Part shown: positions 30,102-43,743 of the stretch, piece after piece
How positions within the stretch are numbered: the first letter of the stretch is position 1
Layout: each line of letters starts with the position of its first letter
Origin: Octopus vulgaris
Taxonomy: Eukaryota
Assembly: GCA_951406725.2 (NCBI GenBank)
Contig: CATOCA020000001.1
Coordinates: forward strand, 3,968,001-4,032,000
Reading direction: 5' to 3'
DNA length: 64,000 nt
Notes under the pieces: model-generated
Told to the model about the DNA's origin: nothing
Databases searched by the model: none
Seen by the model: only the letters and a program-made list of their open reading frames with translations
Program-made: the position numbers and the translations under genes

Positions 30102-31372
30102 CGAGGGACGTTCAATAAGTAGTGCCTCTTACCCACTTGCAGTTGGTTGATCTAGCTGAAATTTTGGCTGTGCAATTATTTATATCTCTATAGATTAAGT
30201 GGCAAATTACAGCTCTGAAATAATTGTGGTTTCTGATTTACAGGTGTTTGAACTGAGTCAAGTGTGAAATGGAGCCGGTTGAGTGTCGAGCAGTGATCCG
30301 GTTTTTGTATTTGAAAGGACGCACACCACGGGAGACATTTGATGAAATGAAAGTAACTTATGGTGATGATGCACCATCATATGACCTTGTAAAACCCTGG
30401 CATCGTGAATTCTAACATGGTCGGAACTCTGTGGAAACAGCTCCCAGATCTGGTCGCCCCCCTTCTGTCATTGATGAGGCATCTGTCCGTCAAGTTGAGG
30501 CTGCCATTTTGGAAGATCGACGCATAACAATTCGCCAAATAGCCCATCAGGTCAAGATTAGTACCGGGTCTGTGGAAACTATCATTCATGACCATTTGCA
30601 TATGAAAAAGGTGTCTGCCAGGTGGATTCCCAGGTTGCTCACACCTTTCCAGAAGCAAGAACGCGTCGAGTGCTCGAGGATGAATTTGGAGATGTGCCAA
30701 GAAGATGAGTCAAAATTTTTCAAAAGACTGATTACACAGGATGAAACCTGGGTCCATCACTATGATCCAGAGAACAAAGCCCAGTCAATGCAGTGGAAGC
30801 ACCGTGACTCACCTCCTCCAAAGAAGGCAAGGGTGCAGCCCTTCGCTGGCAAGGACATGTTCACAGTCTTCTGGGACCAGGACGGAGTTGTGATGACAGA
30901 TTTCCCGGCAAAGGGTACCACAATTACAGGAGCCTATTATGCTTCACTTTTGAGGAAATTAAGAGAAGCTATCAAAATCAAGAGGCGGGTCAAGATCAGA
31001 AAAGACATCCTCCTCCTGCAGGACAACGCTCCGGTCCACAACTCGCGTGTCGCAAGATTAGAAGCACAGGCGTGCAGCTATGAACTTCTCCCCTTGCACC
31101 CTCTGATTTTCACCTCTTCTCAGCCATGATGTTGTTTCTGAAAGGAAAGCGTTTCCTAGATGATGCAGCCTTGATTTCTGAAGTCACGTCGTGGTTGGAG
31201 GACCAAGCTGGGGTCTTCTACAAAAACGGTTTTCAGAGCTGCATCAAACAATGGGAGAAATGCGTAACTCTGGGTGATTCCTATGTAGAAAAATACTAAT
31301 AACTGTGCTAAGTTTCGTTGCTCTACTGCAATGGGAAGTGAGTCAGGGGCATTACTTATTGAACGCTCCTCG
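30102..31372 (+). mobile_element. Full-length mariner DNA transposon with defective transposase
   Basis: TIRs CGAGGGACGTTCAATAAGTA / TACTTATTGAACGCTCCTCG flanked by TA; ATG at 30269, stop at 30413, motifs RSGRP, WIPRLL, DETW, QDNAPVH; deletion/frameshift in the YSPDLAP motif near 31090. Confidence 0.95.
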
Positions 31373-31637
31373 TATCATTACTAGGTGTTTTAGTCGCCTT
31401 TCACTCCCGTATTTTATAAGATTTGGCAATTTCTTTGCCATACATCTCTCTGTATTTGCTACTTAAGAAGCAGACACATTTCCCCCTCAGCGAATATACA
31501 AAACTTTCTTTGTCTGTTGAAATTCAGATATTGTTTATAGATATTGATTTTTGGACTGTATAAATATTGTTTTGCTTTATTCAATTGATGAGCTTCAGAA
31601 GATTTTATTTGCTTTTACAAATAATCGTTTATGTGAA

Positions 31638-31852
<215 letters not shown>

Positions 31853-31959
31853 AGAAGAAGAAGTCTACAGAGCGCAGCTGATATTATTGGAAAGGGGCAA
31901 AATAAGGGACAGAAAACTAGAACTACATGCACGATACATATAATAAAGCCTCCCAAAAT

Positions 31960-32340
31960 CATGGTGGAAAATATCTCATCAGCACTGCCCAAATGATGTT
32001 GGCATCAGCTTTAAGATATACCCAAGGCCTGGGCCCCGTATTATCTGCCCACAACATAAATCAAACTCGCATCACATAACAACAATACGGCAAAATTATT
32101 TCACCTCAAGTGGCCCCGCTCCATTTAGCATTACACCAAAATACATTAAAGCAGAAAAAGACCCCCATAAAGTTCAAGAAGTATTTGGAAAAATCCTTCA
32201 AGAAATCCCGGATAAAACTCCAACACCAAGATATGTCCCCGTAAACAGCAACTCTCTCCTCGAGTGGGTCATGTTGTCCGCATCCTGATTCGCCCGGTAG
32301 TGGGATTACGTTAAACATGGCCTGCACTAATACTGGCCGA
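31960..32340 (+). mobile_element. Degenerate CR1-group LINE 3' fragment
   Basis: Broken translation WKISHQHCPNDVGISFK...YFTSSGPA...KFKKYLEK.LQEIPDK...NSNSLLEW resembles a CR1-type ORF2 C-terminus. Confidence 0.5.
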
Positions 32341-33057
32341 AAACTATCATGCATACACACATATATATATATATATATATGTGATAGATATATCATCATC
32401 ATCATTATCATCATCGTTTAACATCCGTTTTCCGTGCTAGCACGGGTTGGACGAAAATATATATAAGTAATATTCGTAGGCACGCTAACATGAGTATCTG
32501 TAACTAATTAACGACGCAGAAGTGCATCCGATTAATTGCGAGCAGGGGATCGAACCCCTACCATCTTATAGCAACAGGACTAGCAGACCAGGTCTGGTTT
32601 CGGGCTATTCCTGCCACTCTTCAGTACTGGACACCTCATCTGCTAATCTGTGGAGACAGGATGTATATAATAAAGTATGTGTCTATAAAGAAACCTGTGT
32701 AGATATATTTGTTCAGAAGAATTGAGTTCGATGTTAGAAGTGAAATATATTTCTGGAATATATGCAGTTCACTGTGTGTCAACCAATTTCTATGATGTGT
32801 CAGGGTCAAGACAAACATTTATCAATGTATGTATACATGTGTGTGTATGTATGTATGTGTGTTTGTGAGCATGCCATTTAACTACACACAATTCTGTATG
32901 TATGTAATTGTTTAAAGAAGAATTTCTGATATACTCTTGCTTGTCACTGGAGTGTCTCATAATATTCCCTACTCCAAACATGTACATGATGTAATATTTC
33001 TAATATTTCTTATACATGAATGTTATTGGTTTGATATGTTTCTATTTTGTTCCACAG

Positions 33058-33197
33058 ATGTTTGTGGTGCAAAAATAAAACGGCCACAATAAAATTTCTT
33101 CCATGCGGGCATTTTGTCACATGTGAAACATGTTCGAAAATCTCACTTAAACGATGTCTGAAGTGCGGGAAACCTGTAACGAGCAGAACTGGAGATG
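33058..33197 (+). CDS. RING-HC (C3HC4) finger exon, Mind bomb/IAP type
   Basis: Acceptor ttgttccacag, donor gtaaga; CLWCKNKTATIKFLPCGHFVTCETCSKISLKRCLKCGKPVTSRTGD = C-x2-C-x11-C-x-H-x3-C-x2-C-x7-C-x2-C; phase 2 to 1. Confidence 0.93.
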
Positions 33198-34293
33198 GTA
33201 AGAAAATCTTTGCTGATCTGTCTGTTTGTCCTGCTTGTCCCATTGCCCTTATTGTGTAGAATAATATACTTCATGTTGTTATGTAGACAGAGGTCTGCCA
33301 TAATCTGGCAGATTTATGATAAAAGGTGTTCCTAGTGTCTGTTCTCTGTAATAGCATATCTCTCACACACTGCATCCACTAAACATTGACCTTATCCAAG
33401 TAGGAAACATGTCACACTTCAAGAGGGTTGTAGTCTGCAACATAAAGATAATGGACGATTCTGCAAGATAATTAGTGAGTAACTGAAGTATCAATAAATC
33501 TCCATCAACACTATAATTAATTATGAGTTATTAGAAGATAATTAAATACAACAGTACTTACAAGGACATCAGTGTCATCTTTGGTAAAGTATTAAATTCA
33601 GTAGAATATTTTAAAGGAGTAAAATTATATGTCACTAGTTTGAGAGACTTTAACACACAATTCCATGTTGTTATGTTTGTAATTGGAGGATATTAAGGCT
33701 AATAGAGACAGTTTTGTTTGTCAAGCAACCAGATCATGAAACCTTCAAATATATCCTGAATGAGATGACATTCTGGTGAACTGTGAAGTTAAAATTAGGG
33801 ATTATCAGCAACAATGTTTAACAAAGAGATTAGGTGTATGTTTCTCCTTCTTGAAGTGGTTGTGACATGTGTTTGTTGTTATATCTTTGATGAATAAATT
33901 TGTTGACACTGGAATCAAACAGGTTGTTAGTGAAGATCAGGGTTTTGAAAATGCAATAGATTTGGCATAGATATAAGCAAGGAAACCAAAACCTACAGAT
34001 TAACTGTTATTAGGTGATAATTAAGTGATATAATTACAACATTGTTAGATTATTTAGGATATCTTAACAGAGAGAGGAAATTTACAAAGACCAACTAGAG
34101 TTCGTTTTGGAGCTAAATATTGGCTATTACATGGGTCCACTGTTGAAAGTATAAAAATATTGACCAAAAGCATTATGATCGCTCGTTGGCCATTGATGGT
34201 ATGAATGTTTCTCATTAATAAAATATAGATTATTAATAAATATAAAGGGATTGTGCTATAAATAAATATAAAACTTGGAGATACATATTTCAG

Positions 34294-34344
34294 AGAGTCC
34301 AAAGTTTGAAGAGAAGGGAGTGCAGACTGTGGCAGAGACAGTTG
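34294..34344 (+). pseudogene. Linker micro-exon 1 (51 nt), donor mutated
   Basis: Acceptor catatttcag; (E)SPKFEEKGVQTVAETV; followed by ATGAGT instead of GTGAGT. Confidence 0.7.
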
Positions 34345-35783
34345 ATGAGTTTAAAATTAGAGATCTTAATTAATTTCTATAGATTTTACATTCACCTCAG
34401 CTATTTTGCGTATTAGAATGGTGGAGAACAAATCCCATCTCTAATTTCCATTTGAAAGGTTAGCTCTAAAGTAATTGTATTAAAAATATTACTGAAATTT
34501 CATAAAGTCACGGTTAACATGTTTGGTTAATAGGATAAATTAAAAGCCACAATAGAGTTACTATTGTCTTCTATGGAACTATAATGTATTTTTTTTAGGT
34601 GTAAACTTGTGAGTTAATAAGATAGTTGTTTGTTTTTCTACTAAGATCTTTCGTAAGTTTTCTGATAGGTTATTCTTGATGTTGTTATGTAGCCAGATGT
34701 CTGTCGTAATATGTTGTATTTTCTGGGGTTGTGTACCCTGAATGTCTCTGGTTAGAATACATTTTGAAGTTGCAAATTAGAAAATTATAATTAAATGTTA
34801 ACTCTGTATAAGAATATTCATCATGAACTTAATTTTATTACATGTTAAATTTAGTATTGAACCGTGAATATATGTTTATATTTAAACAAATTATTGGTGT
34901 TTATACAAAATATACAATCAGAAATTGAATTTGACTTGAATACACAAATCCTTCTTTGTAGCTATATATAATATACACTTATTACATTGTTTGAACAACA
35001 TTTACCATCCATATAGTCATTCTTTTTCTCACTCTTGTTAGATTTTAGATGATATTAATGCTAAAAGAGGCACAGTTTTCTGAGTGTTTCACCCTTTGGT
35101 CTTGATTGTTGCGTTCAAATTATTTAATGAAAGTTAGTCATTGTTCTTTGAACAGGAAATGAATTAATGATTAGTATTTGGCAGTGGAATTGGTTATATC
35201 TTTCTTCGTTTGCTCATGGAACTACCATAATATTAGCTGTGCTGAGACACAATCATATTCATTGTAATGAAGGCTATATGTTCTTTACTCAGATTATATA
35301 CAATCTATATTGATATCTAGTATTGCACTGTCAAGCACAGTGCCATTGTATCACATATATACCCAATTATCATGATAATTAATAAGCTATAATTCATTAA
35401 CACTCTTACATTTGTATTTATGAAATGTAGTTTATTTTGTCATAAGAACATCGTGTACCCTCACCTTACATTTTATATCTTGTTAGGGATTATGTTGGGG
35501 AAGGGTGTATGGAATTTGGCTTGTGCAGATGTATTTTAGGGGACAGATTGTGTGCAGAGTGGAGGGTATTCACATAAAGGACATATTTATGACCTCAGTT
35601 TTACTTAATTAGAGAGGAATGTTGATTAGTGAATTCTAGAGATGAGAGGACTGTGCCATGCCATAGATTTGGCACAGTTATAAGAAGAGAAAGACAAAGC
35701 TAAGAGAAAACTGTTATCAAGTGTTAATTAAATGAGATAATTGGTACATTGTTAGAATATTTAATGTGTTTTTAGAGAGAGAG

Positions 35784-35831
<48 letters not shown>

Positions 35832-36060
35832 TAGGGAGAGGGCGGATTTAGAAATGTTAGTCTGTTTTATTGTGGACATATTGGGCTATTACATGGAACC
35901 ACTTTAGAAAGTACAGAAATATTGACCAAAACCATAATGGTCAAAGGTTGACCAGTAACGACAGGAATTGAATGTCTCACAATAACAAGATAGATTTTGA
36001 TAAAAATAAAGATAAAGAAATTCTACTATTAAATGTAAAACTGATAAATGTTTATTTCAG

Positions 36061-36132
36061 CGTCTCCAAAGTTTGCAGACAAGGGAGTGCAAACAGATTT
36101 ACAATTATTAGAGCCTACATCCGAGCAAAGTG
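36061..36132 (+). CDS. Linker micro-exon 2 (72 nt) with LC8-type motif DKGVQTD
   Basis: Acceptor tttatttcag, donor gtgagt; (A)SPKFADKGVQTDLQLLEPTSEQS; phase 1-1. Confidence 0.8.
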
Positions 36133-36393
36133 GTGAGTATAAAATAACATTTCCCAATTGATTTCTATAAGATTTAATTTACCTGGGTATATTGTGTTTG
36201 AAAGAATAACTGAAAATAGGATCCACTCCTACTTTCCAATTGAACGATTATCTGAATTATCTGAACGATTAATTGAATAAAAGATATCGATTTACTGAGA
36301 GTTTATGAAATACCCATTGAGGTTAATGCTGTTGGTAATAATGTTCAAATTAGAAGACACAATAGAGTTAATTTTGTCATTTGGTCACAGACC

Positions 36394-36655
36394 TCATCAT
36401 CATCATCATCATCATCGTTTAACGTCCGTTTTTATAGTAGCATGGGTCGGACGATTTCACTGGCAAGGCAGTAGGCTGCGCCAGGCTCCAACGTGATCTG
36501 GCAAGGTTTCCACATATGTATGCCATTCCTAATGCCAACCACTCCGAGAGTGTGGTGGGTGCTTTTGAGTGCCACCAACACAGGAGCCAGTTGAGGTGGG
36601 AGCTAGCATTGACCACGTTCGGATGGTGCTTTTTACTTTCCCCCGGCACAGGGAA
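36394..36655 (-). mobile_element. RTE-related SINE/3' UTR copy
   Basis: (CAT)n cgtttaacgtccgtt ... ttcctaatgccaaccactccgagagtg is the reverse complement of the element at 52668-52983. Confidence 0.75.
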
Positions 36656-37049
36656 CCAGCCAGGCGGAACTTGCAACAAACCACTGAATAACATTGTTAT
36701 AAAGTAAAAGGATTAAAAATCAAATCTCTAAGATTATAAGTATAATGATCATTAACGTTGATTAAATATTAAATTTAGTATTGAACGGTGAACATCCGTT
36801 TACATTTAAACAAAATATTGGTGTTGACATAAAATATAAAGATAGAAATTAAATATGAGTTCCCTGTGTGACTTGATCTCACAAATCCTTGTTTGTAACT
36901 ATATATAATATACACTTATTACATTGTTTGAACAACATTTACCATCCATATAGTCATTCTTTTTCTCACTCTTGTTAGATTTTAGATGATATTAATGCTA
37001 AAAGAGGCACAGTTTTCTGAGTGTTTCACCCTTTGGTTTTAGTTCTGAC

Positions 37050-37370
37050 TTGATTGTTGCATTCAAATTTGACTACTCCCACAGCTGTTGTCATCCTTTG
37101 TCAGGTTCAACTTCTTATTTCCTTCAATTTGGATCTTCTGGCACTTCTTTATCCACATTATTTAAATCCCCCATACTCCTCCCATATCTGTACCATCTCG
37201 TCTCTTGTGTGCTATCTCTGAATCTTCTAAACCCCAGTTTTGCTTCCAGCTCATCTCTGCTCCGGGACTTCAGCACATTAATATTACACTTCTTCTGAAG
37301 TATGCTCACTTCATTTCTTAACAGTTTTCATACATCCTCTATACTCTGTGAAACATTCCATTTTACAAAT
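37050..37370 (-). mobile_element. Old RTE-like C-terminal fragment
   Basis: NINVLKSRSRDELEAKLGFRRFRDSTQETRWYRYG aligns loosely with the LREKLDLRSISCGVQERRLRWYG region of the RTE at 28 kb. Confidence 0.45.
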
Positions 37371-37374
37371 ACAC

Positions 37375-38398
37375 ATCAGGGTTCACCAACGATCAGTCCT
37401 CAGCCTCCTCCTATTCATTATAGTCCTCCAGACAATAAAAGAGGAATTCAAGACACTCTGCCCTTGGGATCCTCTTTATGCTGATGACCTTGCTTTTGAC
37501 AGACGAGTCACTGCCAGAACTGGAAACAAAGTTTAGCGTCTGAAAGCAAGGTCTAGAATCGAAGGGCATTAGGGTTAACCTAGTCAAAACCGAAGTCCTA
37601 GTTAGTAGGAAGGCTGTTAAATCACAACCCATTTCAGGTAGATGGCCCTCCTCTATCAGTTGTAAAGGAGAGGGTAGAAACTCCACTCGATGTACCCGGA
37701 GGATGCTATGGACACATCAAAGGTGCCGCAATATCAAAGAAAGTTAACCGGGAAAATAGTTTTTGTGTGTGGCAGATGCTCTGGGGCAATAAACACTGAA
37801 AGTGTACAGAAAACAGATTCCATCACATGCCAGGGGAAGAAACTAGAAGTAGTTAATAGCTTCTGCTACCTAGGGGATCAAGTCTGTAGTGAGTGTGATT
37901 GCCCTGAGTGTGTAGAGACTAGAGTAAGAATAGCCTGGGCAAAGTTGAGGGAGCTCCTACCTCTGCTGGCAACTAAAGGTCTATCACTCAGGGTGAAAGG
38001 TAGACTGTATGATGCATGTGTGCGAACAGCCATGTTACAGGGCAGGGAAACATGGGCCATGGATGCTGAGAACATGCGTAGGCTTGAAAGAAATGAAGCT
38101 AGTATGATCCGCTGGATGTGTAATGTCAGTGTGCAATCACGACAAAGTTGGGCATAAGAAGCATCAAATGTGGTGTGCAAGTGAGGCGACTGTGCTGGTA
38201 TGGTCATGTGTTACGTATGAATGAAGACAGCTGTGTGATGAAGTGCCACTCCCTCACTGTAGAAGGAACCTGTAGAAGAGGTAGACCCAGGAAGACATGA
38301 GATGTGGTGATGAAGTATGACCTTCAAACATTGGCCTCACAATGGCAATAACAGGAAACCGGGATCTTGGGAGATACGCTTAGATTGAGAAAACCCTC
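37375..38398 (+). mobile_element. Second RTE LINE copy, degenerate
   Basis: LYADDL, KIVFVCGRCSG, FCYLGD, RVKGRLYDACVRTAML, GRPRKT*; same family as the 27.5-29.6 kb element, with stops and frameshifts. Confidence 0.92.
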
Positions 38399-38429
38399 TA
38401 GTGAATTCACCCACACACTTTTGGTGTGT

Positions 38430-39221
38430 ATGCGCAGTAGACCTCAGGCATGCATTCAGTATATGTCTGTGAGAATCACCAACATGCAAAACGTATCGCC
38501 GCTGCCATTCCTGGTAGTCACGACTACAGAGACTTGCTTGGCAAAATGGTCTCTTCCGTGAGCAATCGAGGTTGTATGTTGCTCCTATGTGAGTCCTGTC
38601 CTTTTGAACAACGTTTATTAGACGTATTTTAATCACTCGGAGGTTTAGTAACGCACAAACAGTTGGCACATGTGGACTGGTCAGCTCCTCCTTTATGACT
38701 AACTTCCCCAGTGAATGCCTTCATTCAAACCGCTGAAAGTGTGTTTGAATCTCTACAACAACATCATTTCATAGCAGAGGCCTGATCTTATTTCCTTAAT
38801 CATCAAAAAGATGACCTGACATCAAGTGAAGCAATAGTATTGTTTGACTTCACAGAAAATTATAGCTTTGTAGTACAGGACGCCCTGCAAGGGTTTCATC
38901 GAAACAAATCCCAGGCAAATATTCACCATTCGCGATTTGTTATAAGACTGGTTCAAACCCACAATGCACTTCAATCTGTGTCATATCTGATTGTTTGAAA
39001 CATGACTACAGCACAGTGCATGCTTTTATTACGAGGGTGATATCGCATATAAAGACAGAACTTCCATTCATAAACCATCTCCTGTACTTCAGTGACGGAG
39101 CAGCCGACCAATACAAGAACTAGAGACATCAAACAAATCTCTTTAATCATCAGAATGATCATGGACTTACAGCAGAGTGGCATATTTCTCCATGTCCTGG
39201 GGAAAAAAGTACATGTGAGGA
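38430..39221 (+). mobile_element. DNA transposase fragment, probably Sola2-like
   Basis: Broken translation has HSVYVCENHQH, CMLLLCESCP, HHFIA, DFTENYSFVVQDALQGFH, VISDCLKHD, YFSDGAADQYKN, AEWH; superfamily assigned from recalled motifs. Confidence 0.6.
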
Positions 39222-39263
39222 AATTTTACTATAACGTTTGAAACTTGGAAATATTTATTTCAG

Positions 39264-39314
39264 AGAATCGAACATTTGAAGACAAAGAAACACAGACACT
39301 GGCAGAACCTGTTG
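39264..39314 (+). pseudogene. Linker micro-exon 3 (51 nt) with DKETQT motif, donor mutated
   Basis: Acceptor tttatttcag; (E)NRTFEDKETQTLAEPV; followed by TTGAGT instead of GTGAGT. Confidence 0.7.
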
Positions 39315-41937
39315 TTGAGTATAAAATAACAGCACTAGATTGATTTCTGTAAAGTATATCCTCTGCTTATTTTGATATCAGAATGATAAAGATCAGCTTC
39401 CATTCTTACCTTTCAATGGGAAGTTTCAGCAGTAAACTATTTAACATATCGATACTATTGACATTTAATAAAGTATCCAATCAGGTTAGCACGGTTGGTG
39501 AAATGGATAAATTAGAAGCGAAATAGATTTCAGGTTCTCTTTTGGAGCAGCCAAATAATATATGTTGTGGTTTAACAGGTGAGGTAATGACAAAGGTTTT
39601 GTTTGTTTTATATTTTTTAAATGTTTACTGGTAAGTTATTGTTGTTATTTTAGCTGATGTTTCTCATAATCTGGCAGACTTACAATGAAATGCGTTCCAA
39701 ATATGACCACCCTCATATTTTTCACTGATAATAAATCTATCATTGCATCCAGTAAACATTGTCTTTATTCCAGAGGAAGACGTTGGTTTGCTGCTCAGAA
39801 AACCGTTGTCTCTTTCCCTTTCTTCAAACTTCATAGAGGCTGTATGATACAATACAATCAAATACATTCAAAGAGACATCGGACGGGTTGAAAGGAGAAC
39901 GGATAGTGAACACCTTAGATAAAAGCTCCTTAAGAACCCTTCTGATGGTACTAGGATATTTTTGCCGATGCTAAGTGGGGAGATTATAATGCACTAAAGA
40001 TGAAGTGAACAAGAATATACGGCAGATATACAATGATCCCAAGCGAAGTCAACTTTACCTGCTCATGTTTGGATTGAAATGTCCAATGAAACCAGTAATC
40101 AAATATTTCAGCTTTGCGATAAAGCTTAGTGAAGAAGGCAAGAACGGAGATTGCAACGGGAGGTGATTGTGTACCATAGAACGTGTACAGATGTTGTGCC
40201 CAGGTGTTAAAGCATTAATTACTATTTAGAGAGTTGTGGGATAAAGGTGGACTGATTGATGAATGGTGCAAGACAAAAGGATTTTATTCATCAAAGTAAG
40301 TTAATGCAGAACTAAGTGACCAATTGAAGCCAATTTCAATCTTGAATGGCAAGATTTACATGGGTGTACTTGCCATGAAATCAGCTACATGTCAGCAAAA
40401 TAATGGTTATACGACTGAAAATATCCAGAAGACTAGAATCGGAGAATGTCTGTGTGTGTAGAACATGCATTTTAAATCTGGGATGCCATATAAAAAGCAA
40501 AGAAGAATAAAAGAGATTCGGATATAGTATGGCTTCATCTGGCTAATGCTTATGGTTCTGTACCACACACATTGTTGATGGAAACAAGGAATTTCTTTCA
40601 TAAATGGGAGGAGATTAAGGATCTGATGAGGAGATGCTATAACAGTTTCAAAATGTGTTTCATAGGATAAAAGTTCACAAAAGACTGCCAGGTTCTGGAT
40701 CTGGAATAGCTGTAGGTTGCACAATATCAGTTGGTTGATGATCTTTATAGTTATGCTAATTAGATTAACAGAATGTCCAGAAGAAATTGCTCAACGGAAA
40801 GATATTCATGGTTGACATAACAATATTAACAAGAGACTAAAAGGATATGCAAATAGTTCTGGTTAGTAGACTCGATAGAGTAAGTACTTAGTCAAGAATG
40901 TGGTTTCAAGCAAATAAGTAATGCAGTCTATAATTTGTGAGAGGTCAGCTGGAGCAAAGGAAGTTACGAACGGCAGGAGAACTCATGCCAAAAGTTAAAG
41001 ACAAACCAAAAGTTAAATATGGTGGTACGCTATCTTGTTGACTGATACATGCTGGGGTAGTGAGACCATGGCAAAGATGAAGATGGACAGAAAACAACTG
41101 ATAATTCAAAACTACTAAAAAAATGCAAAATTTCATGTTTCCAGTTCGATTTTGTTTATATATTCTTCAGAATAAATTGTTTGTTCTCAATTTGGATATA
41201 ACTCCTTTGTAATAATGTGTTGTACATGAACAGTGATTTTGTAGTTAAGTAGGTTTTGTACAAATGTACAGTGTTTTAGGATACCTGTTATCGCATTCCT
41301 CTCCACCTGTGTAGAACTAATCATTGCTCACCTGAAAACGTCGCTTATTAAGGTGAATGAATGACATCGAAGTATTTTCAAATATTTCCTTAATCAGATT
41401 ATATTCTGATGAAGTGTGATGTGGTCAGTTAAAATTAAAGTTTGCCAACAGTGACCTTTAAAAAAGAGAGCGTGGTTATGTTTATCCTACCTGAAACGAT
41501 GTGTCATGGTTTTGTGGTCCGATTTTTGAGGACCAATTTGGTTGTCATGGAATTAAGTAGAAAACGAGAAGAATGTTGATTAGTGAAGTCTAGAGATGAG
41601 AGGACAATCATGTCATAGATTAGATTAAATATAAGAAAGAGATTAGCAGTGTTAACAAGGGATTATTAAATGAGATAAGTGCAATGTTGTTAGATTATGT
41701 AGGATGTCTTAATAGTGAGAGGAGATTGAGGAAGGTCAGTCTATTTAGTAGTAGACCTATATATTGGGTATATTACACGGTCCCATGGTAGAGAGTGTAA
41801 AAATGCTGACCAAAGCCATATTACTCACCAGTTGACCATTGATTACATGAATATCTCACAATAATTAAATACAGAATTATTCATAAAGATAAAGAAGTTT
41901 TACTATGAAGTATAAAACTTGGAAATGTTTATTTCAG

Positions 41938-41988
41938 TGCGTCCAAAGTTTAAAAGGAAAGCATCCCAAAGAGTGGCAGAGCCAGTTG
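41938..41988 (+). CDS. Linker micro-exon 4 (51 nt)
   Basis: tttatttcag / gtgagt; (V)RPKFKRKASQRVAEPV; phase 1-1. Confidence 0.75.
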
Positions 41989-42790
41989 GTGAGTATAAAA
42001 TAACTATATCTAATTGACTTCTATAAATTTTACCTCCACCTGAACTACATAATTTGTGTGAATCACTGAGAAGCGGTTCTATTGCTATATTTCATTCGAA
42101 TGGTTAGCTACAAAGTAATTCTATTCTACTACAAATGCAGGAATATCCAATAAATGGATTTTACAGAAATAGGGAAACATGAGACACAGGAAAAAGATCT
42201 CACACGATAAGGAAAAATACAAGAGATAAAATATAAACCCTGAAGTGGTTCGCTCCACTTACGGGGAATATTCACTCTTTCTATCATTTCGTTGCCATAT
42301 TGTCATTTCTCTCTCTCTCTCTCTCTTACTATGGATGCATCTAAAAGCCCATTGATATTACTGATTTGAAATTTAATAAAATGTCCAGCAGTGTTGGCGC
42401 TGTTGGTAAAATGGCTAAATTAGAAAACACAACAGACTTCATATTGTCTTTGGAATAAAGGAAAGCAATTTGTCGTTTAAAGGTAAAAACAGATGAGATG
42501 AGAGAGCTTGTTTGTTGTACATTTTAATAAGTTTCCTAATTGTTGTTGTTGTCGTCGGTCTTTTTTAACAAGGTGACTAAGTTGAAGGTCAGTCTATTTA
42601 GTAGTAGACCTATATATTGGGTATATTACACGGTCCCATGGTAGAGAGTATAAAAATGCTGACCAAAGCCATATTACTCACCAGTTGACCATTGATTACA
42701 TGAATGTCTCACAATAATAAAATACAGAATTATTCATAAAGATAAAGAATTTTTACTATGAAGTATAAAACTTGGAAATGTTTATTTCAG

Positions 42791-42841
42791 TGCGTCCAAA
42801 GTTTAAAAGGAAAGCATCCCAAAGAGTGGCAGAGCCAGTTG
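42791..42841 (+). CDS. Linker micro-exon 5 (51 nt)
   Basis: Identical to micro-exon 4, canonical splice sites. Confidence 0.75.
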
Positions 42842-43160
42842 GTGAGTATAATCTAACTGTATCTAATTGACTTCTACAAATTTTACCTCCACCTGAACTA
42901 CATAATTTGTGTGAATAGCGGAGAACAGATTCCATTGATACATTTTATTAGAATGGTTAGCTACAAAGTAATTCTATTCTACTACAAATGCAAGAATATC
43001 CAATAAATGGGTTTTACGGAAATAGGGAAACATGAGACACAGGAAAAAGATCTCACACGATAAGGAAAAATACAAGAGATAAAATATAAACCCTGAAGTG
43101 GTTCGCTCCCCTTAAGGGGAATATTCACTCTTTCTATCATCTCATTGCCATATTGTCACT

Positions 43161-43228
<68 letters not shown>

Positions 43229-43692
43229 TATGGATGCATCTAAAAGCCCATTGATATTACTGATTTAAAATTTAATAAAATGTCCAGCAATGTTGGCGCT
43301 GTTGGTAAAATGGCTAAATTAGAAAACACAACAGACTTCATATTGTCTTTGGAATAAAGGAAAGCAATTTGTCGTTTAAAGGTAAAAACAGATGAGATAA
43401 TGAGAGAGCTTGTTTGTTGTACATTTTAATAAGTTTCCTAATTGTTGTTGTTGTTGTCGGTCTTTTTTAACAAGGTGACTAAGTTGAAGGTCAGTCTATT
43501 TAGTAGTAGACCTATATATTGGGTATATTACACGGTCCCATGGTAGAGAGTGTAAAAATGCTGACCAAAGCCATATTACTCACCAGTTGACCATTGATTA
43601 CATGAATGTCTCACAATAATAAAATACAGAATTATTCATAAAGATAAAGAATTTTTACTATGAAGTATAAAACTTGGAAATGTTTATTTCAG

Positions 43693-43743
43693 TGCGTCCA
43701 AAGTTTAAAGAGAAAGCATCCCAAAGAGTGGCAGAGCCAGTTG
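43693..43743 (+). CDS. Linker micro-exon 6 (51 nt)
   Basis: tttatttcag / gtgagt; (V)RPKFKEKASQRVAEPV. Confidence 0.75.
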
